This document shows, piece after piece, positions 34,443 through 46,971 of a DNA stretch of 64,000 nucleotides. The position numbers were made by a program, and so were the translations under genes. Positions within the stretch are counted from its first letter, which is position 1; each line of letters starts with the position of its first letter. The stretch comes from Octopus sinensis (Eukaryota). Where the stretch lies: contig NW_021832125.1 in assembly GCF_006345805.1 (NCBI RefSeq), positions 62,001 through 126,000 of the forward strand, in the 5' to 3' direction. The notes beneath the pieces are model-generated. The model had not been told where the DNA came from. It saw nothing but the letters and a program-made list of their open reading frames with translations, and ran no database searches.

Positions 34443-36857
34443 TTTTTTTTTCAAATATTAAATTTATTTCAAATCAAAAGAGAAATAGTCATTGGCAGAT
34501 AGCCAGAGTATTGCCTCTGACTATGGCTATAGATATTCTTTCGATTAAATACCGGTGCTCACACGGGTCGCCGGTAACCCTTTCGATTAATGAGGCAATA
34601 CGCTGGAGTAGGGTCCGAGTAGAAGGCCCCTGTATTCCTGACGTCTCAACAGCCAGGGGGACAAACACTCTCCCATTCCCAATTCCAGCGTATTTCTCAG
34701 CTTTTCTTTTCTCAGCCCGTTCAGACGGGGCTCCAGGATTCTCGATGCATAATTTGATATTCTGATTAGAAAAGGAGTTCACACACATGACGTTCCAAAA
34801 CAGACACTTTCCCCTCTGGAATGGAAATGTGGTCATCCCATCGGGTCTTCTGCCGTCCTCTACGAAAATCCCTGCAGGTTCCAATTGTGTGTGGAATCCC
34901 GCAGATCGAAGAGATCGACAGATGATCTGGTTCAGTTCGGAATGCTGTGAGGAACGTCCAATTCCGTTTCGACATGAGAGGGAGTGATATCCAAACTCGT
35001 CAGTCCACATGCCGCACCGGCATTGGTGTTTTTCATAGACGCGTAGACCAAGGCGCAGACAAACTCCAATTCTTACGGCTTCATCATTAAGAAGGCAGCC
35101 AGTTGTATTACAAGTGTAACAGTTTAGCCACGCGCCGCTTAGGGGCTGGCTGCCCGCTTGTAAACAAGCCAACCTTCTCTGGTCCATGGTTTCCTTTAGG
35201 CATGAAAACGTATTGGCGTGGACTTTCGACGTCCACTCCGATTGGCAGGTCACATCAGATGGCAATGGCAATCCCAGCTTTTCCCATACGGAGACGCAAT
35301 CATCCACAGCAAAAGATTTCCTCTGTTTGTTTATTTGAGAAAGAACAGTGTCGATCATATCTCTGGACGAGAGTACTGAGGAAAAATATGCGCCGTGCGC
35401 TGAATCTGCCGGGGTGATCAAGCCGATCCCTCCCAGGGAAATTGGAAGAGTCGCCTGTCTCCACGACTGCGTATCGAAGCTGACGTTGAGGATGTCCTCA
35501 GTGCAAGCTCTCATATGCTCGGAATAGTCTTCGAGAAGATCTGTTTCCTGATAGCATTGGGCCGTCCTCAAAAAGTATGTTAACTTCGGAATAGATAGAC
35601 AGTTCCTCATTAAAAAGAGCCCAATGTGGCTATCCACACAACGTAATTTTTCATAGAGAAGGGAAAATTCCGAAATTTTAGCCTTCATAACAGCTTTGAT
35701 ACCACTTTCAAAAATAGGAGATCCAAGAAAAATCAAGTCTTCTTTGAGGGGGAAGGTGCATCCAGGTAGCAGTTTGTCGAATTCGGTCATCCACTTACGA
35801 AAGGAAAGTTCGTCCGTGTTGACATTCACAATTTCGCATTTGCCGCAGTTGAATTCAAGCCCAAGCGTTCCAAAATTAAAAACAAGAGACTTCAGCGTTT
35901 CCAAGATGCCTTCGGGGGTTCCTCCAATTACTCCATCATCCAAATACCACATGTTAAGATCATTTTTACACGATCTCGTTGTTTGGTGAATTGCGAGAGA
36001 GAATAAAAGAGGACCTAGAGGGTCACCTTGTTGAACTCCATTGGCAGAATCAAGTATTGTTGCTCCGAATACAAGCGCGGAAGGCTTGGAGTATGCCAGA
36101 TTTACAATCGGTAGGATGTGCGGAATTTCTTTGGCACAAGCTTCAAGAATACAGTCTCTTCTAACAGAATTGAATGCATTCTTTAAATCGATCTTGGCCA
36201 GAATTCGTTGGGAATCCGCGGAAGAAAAAACAAACTCACGCAGAGCGTGGACCCCGGCCTCAGCGCCTCCTCGGACACCAACTCCGAGCTGTGTTGGTAC
36301 GAAGTACGACAGAAGTTCCCCAGAGCCTGCCTTGCTTGCTATCTTGGAAGCAATCCTTCGGAAAATGTTTCCGACAGCAATGGGGCGAACTCCGCCATCC
36401 GCCTTCTTTAGGGCCGTCAAACATGAGGAGAAGATCAGTTCACGGGCAAAAGAGCATAAGTCGCCGGACAGAATCTTGTTAGAGAGTTCGACGATCTTTA
36501 CGAGCAAGGTAGTATTGTTTTCCCCTGAGAGCCGACACATCAAATCACGAACATGCCCAGGCCTTAGGCCATCCACACCGCCAGAGCTGCTGCGGCGGAA
36601 GGATTTCAGGCTATCGGAGACGTCCGCGGCCGAGGCTACTAGTGGCATGACATTAGGGAGGTGGAATTCACAAAAGTCTTCAGGGGCGCTGGGATGTTTC
36701 ACCTTCAAAGCAGAAACAGTAGCAGTGCTGTATGGAAGGGTGCCCAGGTCGGAGGATATGGTTCGTACAGCGGCCTTTACGTCTCCTTCCATGAGTTTTG
36801 TCCGTACCAGCCGCCGTATCCTTTCGGCCTCAGATGCCTTTGAAGGCCTTCTTTCAA
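34443..36857 (-). mobile_element. Large 5'-truncated CRE-like retrotransposon
   Basis: Open RT-RLE frame. A-rich 3' end near 34443-34451. No TSD found. Confidence 0.88.
34489..36792 (-). CDS. CRE-clade RT plus restriction-like endonuclease (767 aa, uninterrupted)
   Basis: RPIAVGNIFRR, QLGVGVRGGAEA, DLKNAFNS, GVQQGDPLGP, YLDD; CRCG..D..GYH.LSC; RRPDG; FVPLAVETSG; RISIAIVRGN. Confidence 0.92.
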   Translation of the reverse strand: MEGDVKAAVRTISSDLGTLPYSTATVSALKVKHPSAPEDFCEFHLPNVMPLVASAADVSDSLKSFRRSSSGGVDGLRPGHVRDLMCRLSGENNTTLLVKIVELSNKILSGDLCSFARELIFSSCLTALKKADGGVRPIAVGNIFRRIASKIASKAGSGELLSYFVPTQLGVGVRGGAEAGVHALREFVFSSADSQRILAKIDLKNAFNSVRRDCILEACAKEIPHILPIVNLAYSKPSALVFGATILDSANGVQQGDPLGPLLFSLAIHQTTRSCKNDLNMWYLDDGVIGGTPEGILETLKSLVFNFGTLGLEFNCGKCEIVNVNTDELSFRKWMTEFDKLLPGCTFPLKEDLIFLGSPIFESGIKAVMKAKISEFSLLYEKLRCVDSHIGLFLMRNCLSIPKLTYFLRTAQCYQETDLLEDYSEHMRACTEDILNVSFDTQSWRQATLPISLGGIGLITPADSAHGAYFSSVLSSRDMIDTVLSQINKQRKSFAVDDCVSVWEKLGLPLPSDVTCQSEWTSKVHANTFSCLKETMDQRRLACLQAGSQPLSGAWLNCYTCNTTGCLLNDEAVRIGVCLRLGLRVYEKHQCRCGMWTDEFGYHSLSCRNGIGRSSQHSELNQIICRSLRSAGFHTQLEPAGIFVEDGRRPDGMTTFPFQRGKCLFWNVMCVNSFSNQNIKLCIENPGAPSERAEKRKAEKYAGIGNGRVFVPLAVETSGIQGPSTRTLLQRIASLIERVTGDPCEHRYLIERISIAIVRGNTLAICQ

Positions 36858-37025
36858 AATTTAATTTTCAAAACTTCAAATCAATTATAATCGATCTTAA
36901 TTTAATATCATATTCTTGTTTTTTAATAAATGGTTGTATAATTGGAAAAAAAAATATAATCAAAAACAAATGGATTCACTTCTAGATCATAATTATGTAA
37001 TTTTTGATTAATCACTTATAATAAC

Positions 37026-37240
37026 TAGGGCGATTTTATAACCTAAAAAATAAAAAGTTTAACCTAAAAAATAAGTTTACTAACCTAAAAAATTAACCAA
37101 AAAATTTAACTTAATAACTAAACAATATAAACACTAAAACTTTTTGTTACACATACAAATTACATATTTTTCTAGATTTTCCGCTAGAAAATTTTGGTTA
37201 GATCTTAGAAAACTCTTTATCTCAGAGAAACATCTTTCAG
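37026..37240. mobile_element. Solo end of the TAGGGCG hAT family
   Basis: Colinear with 982-1200. Confidence 0.8.
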
Positions 37241-37683
37241 AGAACAAGTGTCTCTTGTGCTGGCAGTCTAACCCTGAAACTCGAGAGTGACAAACACTTG
37301 TAGGAGTCCGTCAGCCCTTTTCTGATTGTTCTGTCAAAAATCCAAATATAGTTTAATACTCCGCCAGGGGTGACAGTCTGAGGGGATTTGTGAGTCATCT
37401 CGTGTTAATGTTTAGCTGTCTCTCTTTAATTCTCCATAATTTTAATCTAAAATCGGTCTTATTGGGCCGAGTCATTTTGAAATTGTTGAAATACTGAGAC
37501 CGAATTGAGGATGCCTGAATAGTTGGTGAACGGCTTATATATTTGAATCTAGTCAGTACTGCTTGCTAAAGTAGTCTTCGAACTGAAAACAATAGTCAAA
37601 TGGTATTGTAGTCTAATCACAGTAAATCGTTTCTATTATATATGTACAGTATCTGGTATTAGAAAGAAAAGTCTGATTAACAA

Positions 37684-40600
37684 TTAATTAGAGTAGAACT
37701 TGGTGTTGATAAGATGGATAAGCAGATTGACATTGCAGGTGGCCCTATTGAGGACAATGGTGCCAATGCCTCCCCTCTGCAACTCGAGTAGATTCTGGAA
37801 CGTGAACTGAGAGACCTCCATGGGGACGCCGAGGAAGTGTGGAGTGACTAGAAAAGTGCCTGGTTGGTCTCCCTCGTGGATGGATATCTGCATTTTCTTG
37901 TAACTACAAATAAGGAAAGGACTGACTCCTTTTCGGGGAGTCCATTGATGGATAGGAGAATGCCCTTGTCCAACAGTTTAGTGCCACTGTACGTCACCCG
38001 CGCCTGCTTGCTGGACTTTTTGAAGAAGGAACTAAAGTGGAGAGATGACTGTTTCTTGTGTTTGACGTGATGTGAGGCGAGAATGGTGTGGATGTATTGG
38101 GTGTAGTGTTCCAACTGCTCCACCTTGAACTGTTGCTTGGCTTGTAGGTCGAGGAGAGTGCGGTTGAGGCGGGCAATATCCCTTCGTCGCTGAATGGTCA
38201 GTTTCTGTTTGTTGCGAATATCCTGGAGTGAGGAGGACAGTGAGTACTGATATTATGTCGTCGAGGTAGGCCTGGTAGCCCGTCTGAATGAAGCCCTCGT
38301 CGACCAACAGGGCAGTGCCCTTCCTGACAGCACTCTTCAACTCCTCCAAGGTGGGGGCAGTGCCCTCGCCCTCCTTGGAACACAAGTATTGATGGAGTGT
38401 CTCCTACGAATGGGTGAGTGCGTCAACCTGAGTGGGGGTGGCCGGGACTTCCAAGACCTGTTCCAACGAACTGCCCAGTTGAGCGCGGATGACCTGACAC
38501 AACATAATTTTACAGCTGTGGATTAGAAAGAGAATGACTGAATGAATTGTGCTTGGTGGCCAGTCCTCTCGTCGTTGTTCTCAGGGTTGCGTAGTGTCAC
38601 TACGAACTCGGTGGATATGAACTTGTCGTAGTCTACTCATAGTCCACACACCCTAACTCTCTCCTGTCAGTCGACCGGGGGTCACTGGCCCAATTCGCTT
38701 CAACAAGTCCCTGACTAGTCCACCGTCCTCAAATTGGTGTTCCTCCATCAACTGCCAATCACACAACACAGCACGTTGTAAAACTCCACCAAATGTCGGG
38801 CGGAGATGGTGATTTGAGGAGGGCACAGAGAACGGGCGTCCATGAACTCGTCCAACTCGAAATATGTCTCGGGGTCCTCCACTTGGCAGATCTCCTCCAA
38901 AAAGTGTCTCAACTAAGACAAACAGCAAACCTGAACTTGGGTCGCCACTCGTCAAAGAAGGAGTCGAGGGGAGGACAGGGACAACCGTAGGTGACCTCGT
39001 CTGCCCCTCCCCCAGTGGCGAGGATGTGGATGAGTCGGCCAAGCACTCCCAAGTTGGCCCGCTGGTCGTGGGTGATGATGGAGTCGATCGAACTGGTGAA
39101 TGCGCCGAATGACTCGGGGACAATGATTGCCAGGTTGAGGTATCGAAAGTAGACAAGATTGGCGACTTGTGCCCAAATGGTGTCCTCATTTTGTAGACGA
39201 CCGAGGAGTCGACTGGCGAGATAGCGGACGGGATATCTGGGGTGAGTGGGCGGATTACGGAATAATGTGGACGTGAGCGAAGAGGGCGGTCAAGATTGGT
39301 TTGACTGCGTGGATGAGTCTTTCGAAGGACGCATTGAAGGAGGTGAGGACATGTTGGTGAGCGAGTGCTTGGTGTGTGTCCACGTCGTAGGGGAGTCCTC
39401 TAGAGGAGTGAAGGGGAATCCCAACGTGGAAACACCCTCCTGTGCCTCCCGATGAAAGACCCAGTGCTTGTAGATGAGAGTGGGGTCAGTTTGTATTGGG
39501 AGGGCGTTGTTGTGGAGGAATGGAGTGAGGAGTGACTCGACAAAGTGCTTGAATCGATCGTCGGAATATCGAATGGCTCTGGGAGTGAGGACAAGTGAGT
39601 GACCGAACAGTCTGCATTGCCCAGTCAATGACGTGATTGTCCTCTGCGATCAGGGAAGCGAGGACTTTGGTGAGCAAGTACTCCTCGCGTGGGTGGGTGG
39701 CGTAGTTGAAGGTGTTGAGGAGGATGTTCTTGAGTCGAGTGAGAAATGACTGGTCGAACTCACTGAGTGTGAGGAGTGTGCGGATGTAGGAGGGGCGTGT
39801 CTGCCATTAAGGACTGTCCTCACCTGCACAACGTACAACACATTGCCCATCACTTCCAACAACTCGGTCATGTCCTTGCACAATGTAGTGCTCACTTTCT
39901 TGGACACCACGTTTATTTTGTTGCGAATGAGCATCCCCACTTCCGTGTCCAACGAGTCTATTTTGCTTTGCAGGTCCTCGTTGTCGTTCATCACTCGCAC
40001 AATCTCCACCTTCAGTCGTTGCAGTTCTACCCTCACTCCACTCACTCACCTGCCTCCTCCGCGTAGTCCGCCTCCCGCATGTCCAACCAGTGCATACACT
40101 CCTGCACCACCGAGAAGGACGGACACTCCTCCCTCACTGCCCTGTACTTCTCCTTCGCGCGAGCCCCCCGCAACACTGCCTGCACTCTCCTCACGTGCTT
40201 AATCTACGCATCACCCCTCCCTCTTACATTCGCCACAAAGTACCCCATTCTCTCCACATGGGGCAGTCGACTAAGCACTCCTCGAATGGTCGACTGCAAC
40301 TACAGCCTCAGTCATACACACTCACCTGCAACACCCATTCACCCCCCACTCTCAGCGACCTACAATACTCACGGAAACCAGCAGCCACCACCAGTCCACG
40401 AACACACCTCTTACCATCCATATCACCATGTCTACCTGTAGTAACACCACTGCCTTCCTTATCGACGCATAATATGCTTTGTGGCCCACATACACACTCC
40501 TCATTAACACGTGCCGGATTACTCTCTGAATACTCACCACCTGCCGTTCATTCGCCTTGTAGAACATGGCACGCTCCTGCGAGGAGTTGACCTGCCCAAT

Positions 40601-42149
40601 CACTGCTCTTATTTCCTCCACTCCAAGCAATCCCCCCTCCGTCGACTGCCTCTCCGTACTCCACACCCCCCTTCTGTCCACACTCACGTACACCCCTCTC
40701 TCTCCCGGCACAAACAACCACTCTTGTTCACCACTCCCTAAGACACCCTGGAGGGCAGAGTAGTAGGGATAGCCCTCCACGAATGACTTGAAGTGTGTTC
40801 GTAGATGACAGTCAAGTAGGTGGGGAGGCCCACACTCCCTCAGAATTGTATTAATGGCGAGTACTGCCTCCCCCACTACACAATGACCAACTCATCACAC
40901 ATTGGAGGAGAGTGCGGAGTCGGGCATTCCCCTCCTCGACTGCGGAAGCGACGTCAGGGAGAGTGGGAATGAAGTCACGACTGGTCTGAGAGTGAGGTGT
41001 GAGGATGACCAGACAGTCGATGTAGAAGACAGCATTGTGGTGGTCGTGGGGAATGCGGGCGTGGGTGAGTGCGCGGATGAGTGCGGGGATATCGTTGTCA
41101 CGGACAGAGTGGGTGATTGTGTCGAGGAGAGTGCCAACTGTGGATGAGTGGTGGAATGTGACCATTCACCAAGTCGAGTGTCATCTGAATCTCAGTTTGA
41201 TTGAGGTATAGTTCGTATATGTCATCAGGGTGGGCAGTAGTGCGTCTCTGCTTGTCCTCCCTCCTCCTCTGCATGTCCGAGTAGTACCCCTCGATGTGGT
41301 CGACCACCACCCATTCCAGTCGTGCAGTCGGGTTGGAGAGGAGTGCCAGCAGTTCCCCATCTGGGACTCCCCGGTCGATTGCCTCGTTGATGGCGATGAT
41401 GGCGGCGTGCACTACTGGTGAGGGCGAGGACTACTTTCCGCGTCCTCGTCGGAGAGCTGGGATGAGGTGAAAGAGGACAACCTGGTCGGCCAACATGCCC
41501 GATATTTTGGAAAAGTTGGGCAATTCGAGTCCATATTTGTCGAGCTGTCGTTGAATGGCCGTCAATTCGTCGTCTAGGAATACAAGAGGAGTGCAACTGG
41601 AGAAGACAGCCACCCCGAACACACTCTTAATCCTGTCGGCCATCCCTCTCCGGGCCAGATAGTAACTACGAATGTGGGAGGAGACCACCTGAGGGCGTGG
41701 ATGCAGAACACACACTTGGGCATGTTCTTCATGTCGTAAATGTCCGTCGTCTCGGGGTAGAACACCTTCATTATACTCATCCCCTTACCGAGGGCAGTCC
41801 CACCTTCCTCAGAAACCGCAAAAAGTGGTTTATGTTATCAGTGTGACGATAGTGCAGTCCACGGGACACCTACAATCAGTCCTCACACTACTTTGTATGT
41901 TCTCTCACTGTCGAATATTTTATTCTTTGGCACAAGCACTGGGTCAAAGTGGTGACTTAGTTGCGCCAGGATCACTCCGTCCCGCAGCATCTCCTCCAAT
42001 TCACACACTTCCGGAGTCTCCTGCTCACTCACGTATTCGAACATCCAACTGTCCTCATCACACTCACTCTACTTTCGAGCTTCCTCCAGGTGACACAGAT
42101 ATTCGTACGCCTTCTCCTCCTCTCGTTTCCTGTCCACATCACACTCCAT
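37684..42149 (-). CDS. IQGAP1: Ras GTPase-activating-like protein IQGAP, multi-exon with 22-24 nt introns
   Basis: ATG at 42149. AYEYLCHLEEA, CH domain (FYPETTDIYDMKNMPKCVFCIHAL), IR repeats, degenerate WW, IQ motifs, GRD-leading region (IGMLIRNKI), C-terminus NVNLLIHLINTKFY*. First introns 42049-42072, 41870-41891, 41766-41788, 41666-41688, 41574-41597. Confidence 0.95.
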
Positions 42150-42600
42150 CTTTGCTACGCTCTATTTATTTTATTCCATTCTAATTAACATTATTATTAT
42201 ATTTATTTTATCCACATTTACTCTGTTTCCTAATCGTTCTTTCCCATCTCGGCTAAGTAGTTATTGGGTACTTTGTTGGGTTTTTCTTATTTTTGAAGTC
42301 AAGGGATTCTCAGTAAACTCCTTCACAACTAAAGGAACCCTTATAGTATATTCGCCATTTTCAATATCCCCATTTCAGCGTCGTTTACAAAACCGGGAAC
42401 ACGATTGCATTGACGACTCTCCATTTTTAAGCAAATATTTCCGCATTTCCATATTCTGTTTATTTTAAAGCAACCACTCCTTAATAACATTGCCTCAATA
42501 GTAATTTCTTTATAATCCGGGGTTTACTATAATCTGTTTAAAACTATATATATTTGATGCTAATCCGCACTGCTTTCTAAAAGTAGTCTGTAAACTTGCT

Positions 42601-44600
42601 GTTTATTTATTTAGCTCCATTCCCCCTGAAGTTGGAGGAATGCGGCACGAAGAAAACCGACAGATTTCTTAGGGTCACACCATAAGTTAAGAAGAGAGTT
42701 AATTTTATAAGATCTTTTCATGGCGGTGAGATTTTTGCAATCCAGAACGACGTGCGTCACTGTGTGTTGTCCGTCATGGCAGATTGGACAGGACGAATGG
42801 ACGTCCTTATCCAGATTGTTTTGATAATCGAGAAGTAAAGGGTGATGGCCACAGCGAAATCTTGCGAGTTCGACACGATCTTTGCGGCTGAGATCCTTCT
42901 TAGCTGAGTTTATTTTTGGGCGGTGATTGTTGAGAATATTGTTTGCGGTTAGTGCGTTCAAGGAGGATTTAGTAATTAATTCTTTTGAATCCGATGATTT
43001 TTTCTTGGGGAATGAGTTTAGGATGCGGCAGTAGTGGAGTGCTGGTGTGTTTTTGATGTTCCTGTCAGGGGTTGGTTTTGTCGTGAGATTGTGATTTGAG
43101 TGGTTTTTGATCATACTCGCGGAGACGAAGAATCGCGTTCGAAAGATGTCGAAATGGTCTGCAATTTTGATCATGTTGGTTTCCTGATGCATATGGTCGG
43201 TCAGAGTAGACTTTAAACTACCCGTGATGATTTTGATGCTTGGTTTAACTTCTGAAGGAGTGTTTTTGACAGCAAAGGCGCCCATGATGAACTTGCGTAG
43301 TCCAATGTTAGAAAAATTTATTGTTGTATAGGAGTATTAAGCATTCCTTGTTTTGTCCAAAGTCTGTTCCGGTGAGTGAGCGGAGAGCATTCATTTTGCA
43401 TTTGTGAGTCAGGTTTTTAGTGTTTTGGCGAAATGATAAGGAGGTATCGTACGTTGTTGACTGTTTTGATGTGGGGAATTTGAATGTCGTTAATTTTGAT
43501 TTGTGGAGTGAAATTTCTGCTCTCGTGTATTACTTGTTAGAAGAGTGACTGGTGATTTGGTTGGTGATAGGGATAGCCAGTTTAGAGTGATCCAGTTATA
43601 CAGGGTATCAATGAATTGTTGAACTTGGCGATATGCTGCCGTTGGATTTGTGTTTGATGACGTGATCGTAATCCATCTGCGTATAGGAACAGAGATACAT
43701 TTTCAGGTGTAGGAATGTCACTTAAGTAAGTGTTGAAAAGTGTGGGGGATAGGACTGAACCCGAGGTACTCTATTGAGGAAAATGCATGTATTTGAGCGT
43801 TTTTTGTTGAGTTGGACATAACCTTGTCTCCTCTAAGGTAATTGGATATCCATCGTTTTGAGTTATTATCGATATTGGTGTTGATGATTTTGTTTATTAG
43901 TGGGAGTTGCGGAATGGAGTCAAAAGCTTTGCTTAGATCCAGAAAAATTAATATTGTCCGAAGGGGAGGGTTTTTTGGTTGAATCCGTTTGATATCGCTG
44001 TTAAAATTCGAAAAAGTTGTGAATTAATCCATAACCGTTTTATTATATTAATCGAACAAGTCATTTGATTATTTATGTTGTCGTTGTGGAAGAATGAGGT
44101 ATGTTTTGCGTTAGGGTCTCCTATTAGAATTCCTTTGTCATGGTTTGCAAAGAAGTCTTCTAAAAGTTTAGAATAATTTTTCATTTTTTGGAGTACATAG
44201 CTCTTACAGACATCCATCCAAGAGAAATTAGGAGTTCAAAAGTTATTAGTTCACACAAATTTTCTTCCACAATTTTTAAGTCTCTCGCCATCAGATTGTA
44301 GTTATAGTATATGGATGTCCCAGTACCAGGCCCAGTGTCAGGTCGCCACGGTATTCCGATTGATCGAAATTCATCGATTCTGTGATGTAGATTTTTTTAA
44401 GTCTCGTTAAATTCGCAATCAATAGATCCATGTTTACAGAGCTAACCAGGTGAGCTAGTTCCGTAGCTCGTTTACGAATTGACCGATTGATAAGTGTAAA
44501 AACGCTCATCTCTTTGAGTTTTGGTGGCTGTCCTCCGGTATCGAAGATTAGTGGACTCTTCGTATCCAAGCCTCTCTGTATCGTTCGTGCTGGGGCGGTG
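42601..44600 (-). mobile_element. Degenerate APE-RT LINE (I/Jockey-like)
   Basis: C-terminus LARFRCGHH...CPIC...TVTHVVLDC, frameshifted RT (LSPTLFNTYLSDIP), APE-like start RSIRKRATEL, (TAAA)n tail at ~42601. Confidence 0.8.
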
Positions 44601-45039
44601 CCTTTGAGTTTTTCATGTATGATAAATTCTGTTAAGCATTAACTGAGCCAAAACAAGTTTATGATTGCTGCTGGTTTCAAGTCCACTATATGACCTTGAA
44701 TTTTTCAGTAGGGCCTTTTGATGGTTCCTGTAAAGAATATAGTTTATCTGACTATAAATCGGAATAGTATTTTTAATTTTATATTTTTTAAAACCAGTTC
44801 AAGTGTTTTTATGCCTTGCCGAATGCTTGAAGTAAGGACTGGATAAGAATAAATTGAAATTGTATCTGAGGGATTTTAAGAATTTTATTATTCCCATATT
44901 CGAGGGCTGAGTCAAAATGTTCGTATTTTTTGAAGAAAAAGTATATGAACATTGGAATATTCAACATTTCTGTGACAGCTTGCATTATCCACTATTAAAA
45001 CAATTTTACTGTTTTCATTTATCATATCTTGATTTATTT

Positions 45040-45530
45040 TCTATTACCATTCTGCAAAAATATTACTAGTTATCCACGAATTTTCGGAGACCGAATATAG
45101 TTCTCCGTGATCCTCGAGGTTAAAATTTTGTAAACATCGATGAGATTTGAACTTTCCATTTTGTAGAGGTTTTGACTTTTCACCAAGTGCATTACAACAA
45201 AAAAGAAGGAAAACATCATATTTATTCAAAGGAGAGCGTACTGTTGAACTCTGACTGACAGAAAATGAGTAACTCTAGTTTAAAAAAGGCAAATACACAA
45301 AAAGGTAACTGCAAATTAAAAAGAACAAGAAATTTTTTTTTATTTTGAAACAAAAATAAATGCAATAATTAATATATAACTGACGTAAACCTCGAAGATG
45401 AAATCAATTGTTTTATTTCAGTGATTTGCACAAAATTGGAAAAATATGAACCTGAAAATATTTATAATGACAACGAAATAAGAATATTCTGCAAAAACAT
45501 ACGTTTAAAAAGTTTTTTTCAAAAAATTCG
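45040..45530. mobile_element. Tigger/pogo transposase debris on both strands
   Basis: KSKPLQNGKFK...NSWITSNIFAEW on minus; YEPENIYND on plus. Confidence 0.6.
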
Positions 45531-45579
45531 CCTAGGCTGAACGGCTTATTTTATTTCTTATATTTTGAAAGTTCAGTCC

Positions 45580-45990
45580 AATCTGTTACCACCAATGAAT
45601 TTGTAGAAATTCGAGTCGATAAAAATCTACCGACTGATAATTCTAACCAGAATAACAAGCCAGACATATTTTTCATGACAAATCGAGCAACACAATTACT
45701 CTTATCGAAGTTGAGACCACCTCAAAAATTTGTCTTGAGCAGGTCGAAGTGGAAGTACGATTTGGTGGCGAATGGACTGGGAGCGATCCACCGGGCGGAA
45801 GTAAAAATCGTTTCTGTCGTCATGACCTGAGACGGAATAGTGTCAAAATTCTTCAAAAATCATCTGGCGGTGCTTGGCATGGAGGACAGAGTGAAGGCAT
45901 ACATCGAGACACTGGTGTTGCGGAAGACCTTAGAAAGCATGCAAGCCGAGACAAGGCATGGGTTATCGATGCCTGTTAAAGAGGTAGTTC
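45580..45990 (+). mobile_element. R4/Dong-like RLE fragment
   Basis: EIRVDK...NKPDIFF.DK...ITLIEV, related to 63258-63938. Confidence 0.7.
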
Positions 45991-46289
45991 CTGAATCTAG
46001 ATTCTGAGTTGACATGAATCTGCCCATCGGTGCCATTATACGTGGGCCTTAAGAGGGTGAGTTTGATGTAAAATTGCTACAAATTACAAAAACGGAAATT
46101 GAATAACTAATAATTACGTGTTCTTTTCAGAGTTTAACTTTATTGCTAATATATGTTACTTTGCACTTATTTTCCGAAGCGTGGTGACAACAAAATTTTT
46201 TTTAGAAATTCGAAATAGCAATGAAGATTGAAATCACTTGCACCGCAAAAAACAAAATAACTGCTAATTCGGTAGTTATGTCACCAGGG

Positions 46290-46500
46290 AGGATTGATAT
46301 ACAAAAAATAAATTGGCGATGTCGGACTCGCAACCGTTGGCGATCCCCACCCCGAGTTGGTAAGGAGCAAATTCTGAGCTGAGGCGGGGGCATACACTCT
46401 TCGCTGCCAATTTAGCAGTCAAGTGGCGGAAGTAGTTTCCAATTGCTATAGCCAAGATTAATTGATTTTAAATAACCTTTTTCAATAATCTGGTTATTAT
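46290..46500 (-). mobile_element. CRE-like RT fragment
   Basis: AIGNYFRHLTAKLAA...YQLGVGIANGCE. Confidence 0.75.
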
Positions 46501-46504
46501 CGGA

Positions 46505-46970
46505 TCCTTGCTCTCTCTAAAGGTGAGAATTACTGACATTCAAAACTGTTTTGTAATAAAAAATAAAGTTTTTTTCATTAATTATTATTAATTATCTTAA
46601 TTTTAAAATGGTAAACCTAGTACCTAATAAATTAAGCCACGTGTGAGCACGCTGTTGATTTACTTTGTGGTGTTCTTTAATTATTTGCCACACTTAATTT
46701 TTTTATCTTAATTGGATTCAGAAGGAATAATTAAAGGTGTATTTTCTTTTAATGATTTAATTATCTGAAAGTTCATCATTTTTGTGATATTTTTCGATTT
46801 TATTCCTTTAATCTCCTTTTTTTTTACTTATTAATACTTTTTGTAATATTTTTCGAGTTTATTCCTTTAATCTACTTTTTTTCTTATTTATAATTTTTGT
46901 GATATTTTTCGATTTAGTTCCTTTAATCTCTTTTTTCGTATTTTATAATTTTTGTGATATTTTTTGATTT
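46505..46970 (-). repeat. Second copy of the minisatellite-bearing element (~3.5 units plus flank)
   Basis: Reverse-complement match to 14379-16350. Cut at 46970 by a Tc1. Confidence 0.85.
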
Positions 46971-46971
46971 A

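Noticed and set aside
36041-36985. 314-aa plus-strand ORF
   Set aside because: It is the antisense shadow of the CRE reverse transcriptase.
37250-37680. 3' end of another host gene
   Set aside because: No recognisable peptide, and the only candidate intron is 17 nt.
38000-42190. Many overlapping short ORFs as separate genes
   Set aside because: They are explained by one spliced IQGAP gene plus GC-rich shadow frames.
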